Below, piece by piece: positions 41,922 through 51,928 of a stretch of DNA of 64,000 nucleotides (its first letter is position 1; each line of letters starts with the position of its first letter). A program made the position numbers and the translations under genes. The notes under the pieces were generated by a model. It saw nothing but the letters and a program-made list of their open reading frames with translations. It did not search any database and had not been told where the DNA came from. Source of the stretch: an uncultured Ilumatobacter sp. (GTDB lineage: Bacteria; Actinomycetota; Acidimicrobiia; Acidimicrobiales; Ilumatobacteraceae); assembly GCA_905182555.1 (NCBI GenBank), contig CAJJBX010000010.1, positions 274 to 64,273 on the forward strand. Reading direction: 5' to 3'.

Positions 41922-42569
41922 TCAGAGGTGGAGGCCGCATTCGGTCTTGGAGCTGTTGGCCCAGCGCCCCGAGCGGTCGGTTGCCGGCCTCGTGCACGGC
42001 CAGCAGCCGATCGAGCTGTAGCCGCGATTAGCCAGCGGATGTTCGGGGAGATCGTGCTCCGCTGCGTAGCCAGCGACGTCGTTATCGGTCCACCCGGCGA
42101 GCGGATTGATCTTGACAACCGATCGCATGAGGTCGTTGTGCACGAGCGGAGTCGTCCGGCGGCTTGGGGAGTCGGAGCGACGGAGCCCGGTCACCCAGGC
42201 GGTTGCGCCGCACAGGGCGCGCTGTAGTGGTTCGACTTTGCGGGCCGCGCAGCACGCGTCGGTGTCGGTAGCCCAGATGTCTCGGTCGAGGTCAGGGACG
42301 GGGCGGACCACTCGGACGTTCAGGCCAAAGCGGTCGGTCAGATGGTTGGCGAACCACTCGGTTTCGGCGAAAAGGTAGCCGGTGTCGAGCAGCGTGATCT
42401 GGATGCCTGGCACCGCGCTGTGAGCGACGTGCGCAACCGTTGCATCGCCGAAGCTGGCGGTGACGCACACGCCTCCGGCGAAGCGTTCGTTGGCCCAACA
42501 GATGGCAGCGCAAGCGTCGTCGAAGGGTCGGCCCGACTCGGGCGGCGCAGTCTTGAGTGAGGTGGTCAC
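41922..42569 (-). CDS. cysH: APS/PAPS reductase
   Basis: LDTGY, CCAARKVEP, SIGCWPCT, RSGRW...KTECGLH (Fe-S APS-reductase cysteines present). Confidence 0.93.
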   Translation of the reverse strand: MTTSLKTAPPESGRPFDDACAAICWANERFAGGVCVTASFGDATVAHVAHSAVPGIQITLLDTGYLFAETEWFANHLTDRFGLNVRVVRPVPDLDRDIWATDTDACCAARKVEPLQRALCGATAWVTGLRRSDSPSRRTTPLVHNDLMRSVVKINPLAGWTDNDVAGYAAEHDLPEHPLANRGYSSIGCWPCTRPATDRSGRWANSSKTECGLHL

Positions 42570-42585
42570 AGCGACAAGTTAATCA

Positions 42586-42610
42586 ATACCCGACTAAAAT
42601 GATCGGTTTT
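42586..42610. promoter_or_regulatory. Putative Rrf2-family (IscR/CymR-like) operator in the cysH/cysG divergent promoter
   Basis: AT-rich imperfect palindrome ATACCCGACTAAAATGATCGGTTTT resembling IscR type-1 boxes. Confidence 0.55.
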
Positions 42611-42648
42611 ATCAAGAATTGCTCGAAAGTTGGTCCTAAGATCACGGC

Positions 42649-43266
42649 ATGAAGGCCCACCGCAGCCGGTTTTCGTATCCGGTGTTCCTGGATCTTGACG
42701 AGGTCCCCGTGCTCGTCGTTGGAGGTGGCCGCATCGGATGGCGTAAGGCCGAAGGCCTCCTTGACGCTGGTGCAATCGTTCGCCTCGTCGGTGCTGACAT
42801 CAGTGCGCATGTCGATGTCGAAAGGATCACTGCCGCCGGTGGCGAGGTGATCACCGCCACGTTCGACGACCGTCATCTCGAGCACCAACGGCTCGTCGTG
42901 ACTGCCACCGGCGACCTCGAGACTGATGCCGCAATCTCCGACGCGGCGCGTGCTCGGAGTATTTGGACCAACGCCGCCGATCAGCCGGTCGATTGTGAGT
43001 TCATCCTCCCGGCGATCACCCGGGCGGGTCGAGTCACAGCAGCGATCAGTACCGACGGCGCCAGCCCGGCACTCGCTGGTTTCGTTCGCGACAGGGTGGC
43101 TGAGATCCTCGAGGCCGGTGTGGCCGAGATTGCCGACACGCTCGCGACCGAACGTGCAGCAGTGCAAGTCGCCGGTGGTTCAACCGAAGACATCGACTGG
43201 CGTCCGCGCCTCGACGAGTTGTTCGCCAAACATGCTGATGTGCCCACGGGCGTGGCGAATCGATGA
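42649..43266 (+). CDS. Precorrin-2 dehydrogenase/sirohydrochlorin ferrochelatase (CysG N-terminal type)
   Basis: YPVFL, VVGGG, NAADQPVDCEF, ISTDGASPALA. Confidence 0.9.
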   Translation: MKAHRSRFSYPVFLDLDEVPVLVVGGGRIGWRKAEGLLDAGAIVRLVGADISAHVDVERITAAGGEVITATFDDRHLEHQRLVVTATGDLETDAAISDAARARSIWTNAADQPVDCEFILPAITRAGRVTAAISTDGASPALAGFVRDRVAEILEAGVAEIADTLATERAAVQVAGGSTEDIDWRPRLDELFAKHADVPTGVANR

Positions 43267-43313
43267 ACTTCCACGTTCCTGCCTCGTGGGTACAGCGGGC
43301 CTAGCCTCGCCCC

Positions 43314-46266
43314 ATGCTTGGTGTGTCTCGTCGCTCCGTTCGCTCCCGCCCCCTGGGCATCACCATCGTTGCTGCACTGGCCGCTGCCGCGTGCACCGGC
43401 TCGTCCAACACAACGCCGACCACCGATCGCGACTCAGCGCCCGGGACCGAGCAGAGTGGCACCGAGCAGAGCGGCACCGAGGGGCGACCCCGAACCGAGA
43501 TTGTTGAGCCTGATGGGGGTGCACTCCTCTTGCTCGAGATCGACCCGGCGATTGTCACGGGCACGCTCGACAACGGCCTGCAGTACTTCATTCGCGAGAA
43601 CGACAATCCGGGCTCGCGCGTTGAGATGCGGTTGACAATCAATGCTGGCGCAGCATTTCAAACTGAGGACCAGGGCGGCGGTGCGCACTTTCTCGAACAC
43701 ATGCTGTTCAACGGCACCGAACAGTTCCCGGAAAACGAGCTGATTGCTGTACTACGTAGCTTCGGTGCGGGCTTTGGCGCCGACATCAATGCGTACACGA
43801 GCTACGACGAAACGGTCTATGAGTTGACGATGCCGACGGCTGACCCGTCGACTGTCGAGACGGGCCTCGACGTGCTGCAACAGTGGCTGTCGGCGGCAAT
43901 TATTGACCCGGCGCAGGTCGAAGCCGAGCGCGGTGTCGTGCTCGACGAGTGGCGCGGCTCAGCACAGAGTGCCAATGGCCGGGTCTTCGACGAGATCCAG
44001 AAGTTCTTCCTCGATGGCTCGCCGTATGAAAATCGCAAACCAATCGGCACAAACGACGAGATCAGCAGGACCACCAAGGGTCCGTTGCGCGCCTTCTACG
44101 ACGACTGGTACCGGCCAGACAATGCGTCAGTCATCGTCGTCGGCGATATCAACGCACAGGAAATGGAGCGCCAGATCATCGAACGCTTTGACCCGGCAAC
44201 AGCCCGTAGCGACTCGCCCGACGGCCCGACCTGACCGTTGAGCCCTCGAGCGATGCGCGTGCCCTTGTGTTCGCCGACCCCGACGTGCCCGAAGGATTCG
44301 CCTTCGTCACTCTTCCACTGACAGCACGTACGGCCGGCTCGCGTGAGGCAGTTGTGCAGCGCGACATCCTCGAGGGCCTCGCCTTCGACATCATTGGCAC
44401 CCGGCTGAGCAATGACGCCCTTCGAGGCGACGCCCCGTTTGATGCTGCATTGGTTGACAGCAGTGGGTTCGTCCGGTCGCTGAGCGCGCCCGAGATCTTC
44501 GTGTCGGCCGACGGTGCCGACCTCGAAGCATCCACGCAAGCGGTGCTCGACGCGTATGAACGTGTCCGCCGGTTTGGCTTCACCACTGCCGAAGTTGCCC
44601 GCGCTGTCGAAGCTCGACGCAGTGCTGCCGAGGTGAACTACGACGGACGCAATTCCCGCCAGGACGCCTCCTATGCAGACGAGTATGTCCGCCATGTTCT
44701 CGAAGGCGAATCGCTGCCGACCGGCCAGCGCTGGTTCGATTTCGTTACCGATGTGCTTGACCGGGCCATCACCCGAGACGCTCGCCTTTATGTTCGTCAC
44801 CCGCTACGAAACGGCCGGTCCACACATCTTTGTCACTGCTCCAGCTGACGAGATTGGCGCCGTTCCTGCTGCTGGCATCTTTGTCGCTCAAATCGAATCG
44901 ATGCCAACTCGCAAACTCCAAACACGCGAGTCAGAGGCAGCGGTTGGCAACAGCCTGCTCGACCCGCCGGATCCTGTGGAAGAGGCCAGTAGCGAGGTAC
45001 TCGCCGATGGCAGTGATATCGGTACTGTTGCGCCCGTGCTTCTGACCTTCGAAAACGGCGTCCGCGTCGCGTTCAACACCACACCGATTACCGACGGAGC
45101 GGTGTACTTCGAGGGTCGAAGCCCGGGCGGAACGTCAGCGCTCGCTGACGAAGATGTTGCTGCTGCCGAGGTCGCGGCGAGGGTGGTCGAGGGTCACCTC
45201 CAACGTCTTCGACCCGGTGGCGATCGACGCGTTCCTGTCCGATAAGGAGGTATTCCTCGATGCCGGTATCGACGTGTTCACCGAAGGGTTCCTCGGGTCG
45301 AGTGCAACGTCGGATCTCGAAACTGCCTTTCAGCTCATCCACCTCACCATGACGCAACCGCGTGTCGATGCCGTGACCCTCGAGCAGTACATTGACGACG
45401 AACTCCCGCTTGCCGAGGACCCGTCGATCAACCCGAACTACGCCCAGTTCAAAGCGTTGACTGAAATCCGCTATGACGACCTGCGCTACCAATTACTCGA
45501 CGTCGACGACCTCAACTCGGTCACGGCAACGGCTGTTGAGCGAGTGTTTCTCGACCGTTTCGGTGATGCTTCGGACTGGACGTTCTCGTTCAGTGGCGAC
45601 TTCGACATTGGCGCTGCAACCGACTTGGCCCGGACCTATCTGGGCACGCTGCCGGCGACCGGCCGTTTCGAACCTGTCGACTACGTCGAGCCGCCGGCGC
45701 CCGAGGGTGCCATTGTCGAGACGGTGCAGGCTGGCGAAGGTGATCGGGCAAGCGTGTTGTTCTTGATCACCGGGCCCGGCACGGCAGCTCGTCGCGACGA
45801 CATCGCAGCCCGGGTCGTACAGGAAGTGCTCACTGCCCGCCTAACGGATGTGATTCGTGAAGAACTCGGTGAGTCGTACTCGCCCTTCGCTTCGATTGAG
45901 CTGACGGGTGGCGCGAGGCCGTTGGCCGAAACGGTCCTGTCGATCTCGACCGGCCCCGACTTAGTCGACAACGTGTCGACCGCTGTGCTTGAGCAGCTTG
46001 CCGACATCCGCGAGAACGGTGTGCCCGCCAACGAGTTCGCCTCTGCTGCCGAGACGATTCGGAACGCGCTCGAGTTGTTCAGCAATCAGCAGATCAACGA
46101 TGAGATTCTCGATGCTCTCGTTGATCCGGCAGGCAACGCCGCGTTGAACGACTTCCTCCAGCAGGCCGAAGTACTCGGCTCGATCAGCCGGAATGACATC
46201 ACTGGTTTCGTTCGGCGATGGGTGCCCGAGGGTCAGTACATCGAGATCAGGGTGTTGCCCCGCTGA
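43314..46266 (+). CDS. M16 family zinc protease (PqqL-like) lipoprotein; about 3 frameshifts
   Basis: Lipobox-like AAAC, LDNGL, AHFLEHMLFNGT, NAYTSYDETVY, WYRPDN, IREELGESY. Confidence 0.85.
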
Positions 46267-46283
46267 CGATCGCGGTCAGTCAG

Positions 46284-46856
46284 TCAGGTGATCTGACGAC
46301 CGCCGTGGTGTGAGTTGACCGTGCGCTGGCTGACTTCAACCAATTCGCCAGCACGAACCTCGTAGCTCACGACGTGTTCGACCGAGTGTTGCCCTTGGCG
46401 CGCCCGGCCCGAAACGACGTCAAGTTCGAGCCCATCGGCCAGCGGCAGCAGTGCAACGGCGCGGAAACCCTCGTCGTTGCCCGGCGAGGAGCGCTTGTCT
46501 TCGCGGAGCAGGTGTTCGCTGGCCCAGATCCAGCAGTCGTCGACGCTGACAAAGCGACAACGGTGGCTGGCCCTCGACTTCGAAACCATGGCTCCTGGGC
46601 AGACGATCAGATTGCCCTCGGTCCACGGCAGAACACCGAGGCCATCCCGCCCGAAACCGGTCTCAAAGGCCGCACCGATGATTGCATCGTGGTCGCCACC
46701 GACGACGGCCCGCTCGATCTGGACCTGGCGGACGACCTCCGCAACGCGGTGCAGGTCGTTGTCCGTCAGGTCGTTCAGCATGGCAATGACTGCGTCGCGC
46801 TGCGCTGTGGCCAGCTCGCTGAGCCCTGCTGTCAAGTCGTCAAATTCGTCGCCCAT
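46284..46856 (-). CDS. Hypothetical protein
   Basis: 190-codon frame with host-like codon bias from ATG 46856. Confidence 0.7.
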   Translation of the reverse strand: MGDEFDDLTAGLSELATAQRDAVIAMLNDLTDNDLHRVAEVVRQVQIERAVVGGDHDAIIGAAFETGFGRDGLGVLPWTEGNLIVCPGAMVSKSRASHRCRFVSVDDCWIWASEHLLREDKRSSPGNDEGFRAVALLPLADGLELDVVSGRARQGQHSVEHVVSYEVRAGELVEVSQRTVNSHHGGRQIT

Positions 46857-46958
46857 GTAGCCATCATGCCCGTGGGGTGTCACGGAGTTTGTTGAGGACC
46901 GAGCGGGCCGTCCGCTCCGTACCTGCGCGAGCCGCTGATGAGGTCTACAGTCGCGAAG

Positions 46959-48065
46959 ATGCAGACAAAGGCCGCAATTCTCTGGGAAGTCAACGCACCG
47001 TGGAGCGTGGAAGACATCGAACTCGACGATCCGAAGCAAGGCGAGGTCATGGTCAAGCTCGCAGCGTCGGGCTTGTGTCACTCCGATGAGCACCTCGTCA
47101 CCGGTGACCTGCCGTTCGAACTGCCGATCATCGGCGGCCACGAAGGCGCTGGCGTTGTCACCAAGGTTGGCCCCGGCGTGTCGTGGCTCGAAGTCGGTGA
47201 CCATTCTCGCTCGGGCTGCGCCCCCGGCCGCTGCCCGAGCTGCTCGACCGGTCACCAGAACCTGTGTGATTTGGGTGCGCTCATGGGCGCCGGCATGCAG
47301 CCGACCGACATGACGTCGCGTCACCACGCGAAGGGTGAAGACCTCCGACTCATGTGCATGCTTGGCACGTTTGCCCACGACACCGTGGTCAACGAAGCCA
47401 GCTGCATCAAGATTGAAAAAGACGTCCCGCTCGATCGTGCCTGCCTCCTCGGCTGTGGCGTGGTCACCGGTTGGGGTTCAGCTGTGTACGCGGGCCAGGT
47501 CAGCGCCGGCGATGTCGTTGCTGTCGTCGGCGTCGGTGGCATTGGCGCCAACGCGATTCAGGGCGCAAAGCTCGCCGGAGCGAAGCAGATCTGGGCGATC
47601 GATCCAATTGAGTCCAAGCGTGAGAAGGCCATGGAGTTCGGCGCCACCCACACGGCAGCCTCGATGGAAGAGGCAATGGAGCCGATGGCTGCAGCCTCGT
47701 GGGGCACGATGGCCAACGCTGTCATCATGACCATGGGTGTCGGGTCGGGCGAACTGCTCGCCGGGGGTCTCGCCCTTGCTGCCAAGCGCGGCAGGGTCGT
47801 GGTGACCAACATTCACCCGGCGATGGAGATGACGGCCAACATCAGCCTCCTCGACCTCACCCTCATGGAGAAGCAGGTCGTCGGTTCGCTGTTCGGCTCG
47901 GGCAACCCGCGTGCCGACATCCCGAAGCTGCTCGGTCTCTACCGCGAGGGTCAGCTCGATCTTGACGGCCTCGTCACCAAGACGTACGACCTCGACGGTG
48001 TCAACGACGGCTATGACGACATGCGCGCCGGCAAGAACATCCGCGGCGTGATGGTCTATTCCTGA
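46959..48065 (+). CDS. NDMA-dependent (nicotinoprotein-type, mycofactocin-associated) Zn alcohol dehydrogenase
   Basis: GLCHSDEH, GGHEGAG, CGVVTGWGSA, EFGATH, DLTLMEK, GSLFGSGNP; short scrambled patch near 47210. Confidence 0.85.
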   Translation: MQTKAAILWEVNAPWSVEDIELDDPKQGEVMVKLAASGLCHSDEHLVTGDLPFELPIIGGHEGAGVVTKVGPGVSWLEVGDHSRSGCAPGRCPSCSTGHQNLCDLGALMGAGMQPTDMTSRHHAKGEDLRLMCMLGTFAHDTVVNEASCIKIEKDVPLDRACLLGCGVVTGWGSAVYAGQVSAGDVVAVVGVGGIGANAIQGAKLAGAKQIWAIDPIESKREKAMEFGATHTAASMEEAMEPMAAASWGTMANAVIMTMGVGSGELLAGGLALAAKRGRVVVTNIHPAMEMTANISLLDLTLMEKQVVGSLFGSGNPRADIPKLLGLYREGQLDLDGLVTKTYDLDGVNDGYDDMRAGKNIRGVMVYS

Positions 48066-48159
48066 CACGTTGACCTCGTTGAGGGCGTGAGGTAGATGTG
48101 CACCCGGTGCGCATGTACCTCACGCCTTTGTCGTTTTCGCGACGTTGTGATTGAGTTGG

Positions 48160-48190
48160 CGGTCACACAGTGCCTGACACAGTGTGACCG
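48160..48190. promoter_or_regulatory. Inverted repeat between adh and moxR
   Basis: CGGTCACAC-N13-GTGTGACCG. Confidence 0.5.
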
Positions 48191-48207
48191 GCTACTAACT
48201 TGCGGCC

Positions 48208-49205
48208 ATGAAGAGTCCGCCGAAGACCCAAGAAGTGATCGTGCAGGACCCCACCGATACCTTGTCCAGCAGCTGCTCGATCGGCTCCGTGCTGGCGTCG
48301 TTGGGCGTGTTCGCGAACTTGAATTGGTCATCGCGGCGATCGATGCCAATCGCCACATTCTGATCGAAGGGCCGCCTGGCACTGGTAAGTCCACGCTGCT
48401 CCGCGGTGTGGCGCGCGAGATGGACATCGGCTTCGAATTTGTCGAGGGCAACGCAGAACTGACTCCGGCTCGACTCATTGGCCACTTCGACCCAGCCCGC
48501 GTCCTCAGCGAGGGCTACGACCCCGACGTGTTCGTCGCTGGCCCGTTGGCGCAAGCGCTGAATGACGGCTCACTGCTGTACATCGAAGAGCTCAACCGAG
48601 TCCCCGAAGAAACCTTGAACGTCCTCATTACGGTGATGAGCGAGCGCGAGTTGAACGTGCCGCGGCTCGGCCGCATCGAGGCAGCACCTGGGTTCCGCCT
48701 GGTGTCAGCGATGAACCCGTTCGATGCTGTGGGCACAGCCCGCATCTCGGGCGCCGTATACGACCGCGTGTGTCGGATTGCCGTTGGCTACCAGTCCGTG
48801 GCGGACGAGACCATGATTCTCCGCCGTGAAACCGCTCAGGCATCGCCGGGTGCGCTCAACGACGTCGACGCCTCCTGGCGTGATGGCGTGGTCGAACTCG
48901 TTCGGCTCACTCGCAACCATCCGGATCTGCGAATCGGGTCATCGATCCGCGGAGCGATCGACATGGTGATGGTGGCGAATTCGCTCGCCCAGCTCCGTGA
49001 CGCCACTCCGTATACGCCGAGTGTCTCGCTCGATGCAGCGCTCGTTGCGCTGTCTGGACGAGTCAGGCTGCGCGAGGGCACGAACCGAACCAGTGAAGAC
49101 GTCATCCGCGAACTCTGGGAGTCGGTCTTTGGTCGAAGTCAGGCTGAAGGAGAAGATGGTGAGGGAAAAGATGGCGCCCCGACACGGGGCATGACCTCCA
49201 GCTGA
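48208..49205 (+). CDS. MoxR family AAA+ ATPase (start uncertain; possible indel near 48262)
   Basis: EGPPGTGKST Walker A, LYIEELNR Walker B, AMNP. Confidence 0.9.
49147..49190 (+). other. Candidate -1 programmed ribosomal frameshift cassette
   Basis: AAGGAG (49147-52), 10 nt, G_GGA_AAA (49163-69), 6 nt, hairpin GCCCCG-ACA-CGGGGC (49176-90). Confidence 0.7.
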
Positions 49206-50170
49206 ACTCCCCGCCTCCGGGTGTCAAGGAGGGTGACGAGGCCGACGAGGCCGTCAGTGAAGCGCGCAAGAAGACCACCTCGCGTCGCGAGCTGGAGCGG
49301 AACGAACAGTTCGAAGAGCTGTCGCCCGAAGTTGGTGAGCTCAACGAGGAAGCGGTCGAACACGCGCTCGACCAGAACCCCGACGACACGATGGCGCTCC
49401 TCGCCGACTTGACGGGGGCGACCGATCCTGTTCTTCGCGACCTTGCTCGCAGGCTTGCGGGTCGGCTCTTCCTCGACCTCTCGAAGCGCGGCCCAACACG
49501 GCCGCGCGGTGTCGGAAAGTTGCAGACACGGCGGTACCGACCCGACGGTGGCGACATCGACATCGACGCCAGCATCGACGCACTCCTCACCGCTCGTGGT
49601 GAAGGTCGGGCGATCGACCCAGAAGAACTCCGCATCCGATCGTGGACCACTCCTGACACGGCGATCTGTCTGATGGTCGATCGCAGTGGCTCGATGGGAG
49701 GTGCGCCGCTCGCCACCTCGGCAGTCGCTGCAGCTGCCGTGGCGTGGCGTGCACCGAGTGACTACTCGGTGCTGTCGTTCGGCAAGGACGTCGTTGCTGC
49801 GAAATCGCACGACGCGACGAAGTCGAGCGAAGCAGTGGTCGACGCTGTGCTCGCACTGCGCGGGTTCGGCACGACCGACGTGGTCCGAGCGCTTGATGCC
49901 GCAACCGAACAACTCAGCCGATCACGAGCAGGCCGCAAGATTGCGGTGCTGCTGTCTGATTGCCGAGCAACCGCCCACGGTTCCGGTGAAGGCGAATCTA
50001 TCGCTCAGGTCGTTGCGGCCGCCCGCCGAGTCGACGAGCTCGTGATCATCGCCCCCGAAGGTGACGCCGAAACAGCGGAACAGCTTGCGGCCGCAACGGG
50101 CTGCAAGATCACCACCGTTTCGGGCCCCTCGGATGCTGCAGCAGCGCTCGTTCGAGTACTGGATTCCTGA
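49163..50170 (+). CDS. VWA domain protein (CoxE-like), in the -1 frame relative to moxR
   Basis: GDIDIDASI, MVDRSGSM MIDAS, GTTD, LSD; frame opens at 49163 but first ATG/GTG/TTG is 76 codons later (49391). Confidence 0.88.
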   Translation, partial: GKRWRPDTGHDLQLNSPPPGVKEGDEADEAVSEARKKTTSRRELERNEQFEELSPEVGELNEEAVEHALDQNPDDTMALLADLTGATDPVLRDLARRLAGRLFLDLSKRGPTRPRGVGKLQTRRYRPDGGDIDIDASIDALLTARGEGRAIDPEELRIRSWTTPDTAICLMVDRSGSMGGAPLATSAVAAAAVAWRAPSDYSVLSFGKDVVAAKSHDATKSSEAVVDAVLALRGFGTTDVVRALDAATEQLSRSRAGRKIAVLLSDCRATAHGSGEGESIAQVVAAARRVDELVIIAPEGDAETAEQLAAATGCKITTVSGPSDAAAALVRVLDS

Positions 50171-50238
50171 GCAGCGCAGCTCGGGGGCCCGGTGGGCGGA
50201 GTCCGCTGGAAATCGTCCCGAGTTCGGTGCAGGAACGA

Positions 50239-51654
50239 CTACGAGCAGCTGATCGTGGCGTCGGGGAAGAAGCCCTTATTGTTGTCTTCTGCAACGACTA
50301 CCGGGATCGTGGTGAACGGCACTGCATCAACGGTGGTTTCGGGTGCGCTGCTCGGCGTGGTTTCGGGTGTGGTGCCGGCGGAACCATCGTCGCCCGGGGC
50401 CACCGACGTTGTTGTGGTTTCGAATACCTGCTCGGGTGCGCCGGCGAGTGACGCTTCACCGCGGTACACCGCCAGCACCGACTGCATGTTGGCACCGTCG
50501 ATTGAGGGTAGTAGGACTGCATTGCCCTGAATTGTCGTGCCGCGTGCTTCGATTTGATACGTGGTGATTCGTGCCGGGTCGATGCCCTTCACGACGCCAG
50601 CGAACTCGAGCATCTTATTGACGGTCAACTCGCTGTCGTTGACGACGAAGTCGTCGCTGGTCTTGATTAAGGCCCGGATGACGCTCGGGTTGAAGGCGCC
50701 GGCCGACAGCAATGAGGCGACGGTGCGGCGGAGGAAGTCCTGCTGGCGTGAGATGCGGCCGAGATCCGAGGTGCCATCGGTGATCCACTTGCCGTTCTCG
50801 TCAAGCGCTTGCAGCTTGCGTGACCGGACGTAGGCGAGTGCGTGGTCGCCGTTGAAGTTGAAGCATCCGGCGACAGGCACGTTGAGGCCGGTCGCCGGAT
50901 CGCGGACCGGGCGGTCGAAGTAGACTGACACTCCGCCGACTGCGTCGACCAGAGTGCGGAAGGCGCAGAAATCGACCTGAATGAAATGATCGGTGGCAAT
51001 GCCAAAGTTTTGGTAAATCGTGTCGATCAGCCGCTGTGGCTGGTCGCGTTCGTAGGCAACGTTGATCCGCTGCTTGCTGGATCCGCCGGCGATCGTGACC
51101 CAGAGATCTCGGGGAAACGAAAGAACAGCAACTTGTGATGCGGCTGGGTTGACCCGCCACATCATGATCGTGTCACTGCGTTCGCCGAGGCTGCTGCGAT
51201 CGCCGAAAGCGCCGGCGTATGGCGAGTCGGGGTCGACGCAAGCGTTGTTGTCGGCGCCGGTGATCAGGAAGTTCCGGGCAGCCGCTGAGGCAGGCGGAAA
51301 CGTTTCGACGGGAATATCGAGGCTGTGTGCTCCCTGAGCGATATCACCGCTGGTCGCAGGATCGCGAGGCGTTGAGGCGGAGAACGTGGCATCGTCGGCG
51401 TTCTCGCCGGGGGCGCCGCTCTCGATCGCAACGATATCGCGATCCTCGATCACGCGCTGAGCTGCGTAGAGGCCAGAGCCGGCAGCGAAGCAGCCGACCG
51501 CGGCCAGGTACACGCCACCGATCGTGAAGCGCTGGGGCCAGGTCCGACGAAGCTTTTTGGGCGAGGTGTTCGGCGCGGCCGCTTGGCGTGCAGACGTGCC
51601 GGGTGCGGCGATGTTGGTCTGGCCCGCCTCCTTGCTGGTGTCGTCAGTCGTCAT
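50239..51654 (-). CDS. LCP (LytR-CpsA-Psr) family protein
   Basis: RSDTIM, SFPRDLWV, RINVAY, VDAVGGV, YVRSR, DLGRISRQQ. Confidence 0.93.
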   Translation of the reverse strand: MTTDDTSKEAGQTNIAAPGTSARQAAAPNTSPKKLRRTWPQRFTIGGVYLAAVGCFAAGSGLYAAQRVIEDRDIVAIESGAPGENADDATFSASTPRDPATSGDIAQGAHSLDIPVETFPPASAAARNFLITGADNNACVDPDSPYAGAFGDRSSLGERSDTIMMWRVNPAASQVAVLSFPRDLWVTIAGGSSKQRINVAYERDQPQRLIDTIYQNFGIATDHFIQVDFCAFRTLVDAVGGVSVYFDRPVRDPATGLNVPVAGCFNFNGDHALAYVRSRKLQALDENGKWITDGTSDLGRISRQQDFLRRTVASLLSAGAFNPSVIRALIKTSDDFVVNDSELTVNKMLEFAGVVKGIDPARITTYQIEARGTTIQGNAVLLPSIDGANMQSVLAVYRGEASLAGAPEQVFETTTTSVAPGDDGSAGTTPETTPSSAPETTVDAVPFTTIPVVVAEDNNKGFFPDATISCS

Positions 51655-51928
51655 GCTCGTTGCGACGCTAGCGGTATGGCAGCAGCGTCTGACCGCGCGG
51701 GGAGCTGTTCGTTCGCACCAGGCTGCTCAACAGCTGCAGACCCCGCGGGCAGAGTCGTCAGGCAAGAACGACGACTTTCGTGCCGACGTACGCACAATTC
51801 CAGATCCGGATGATCGAGGGGTTCGCGAGGGCGCAAGCGTGAGAGCACTTGGTATTGGCCCGGCAGCGGATCGCACCATTGCAAACGTCTTCAATCTGCA
51901 ACGCTTTGATGAGATCTGATGCACCGGC

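Noticed and set aside
46284-47378. 364-aa version of the hypothetical protein
   Set aside because: The 5' half is antisense to the alcohol dehydrogenase; the plausible start is ATG 46856.
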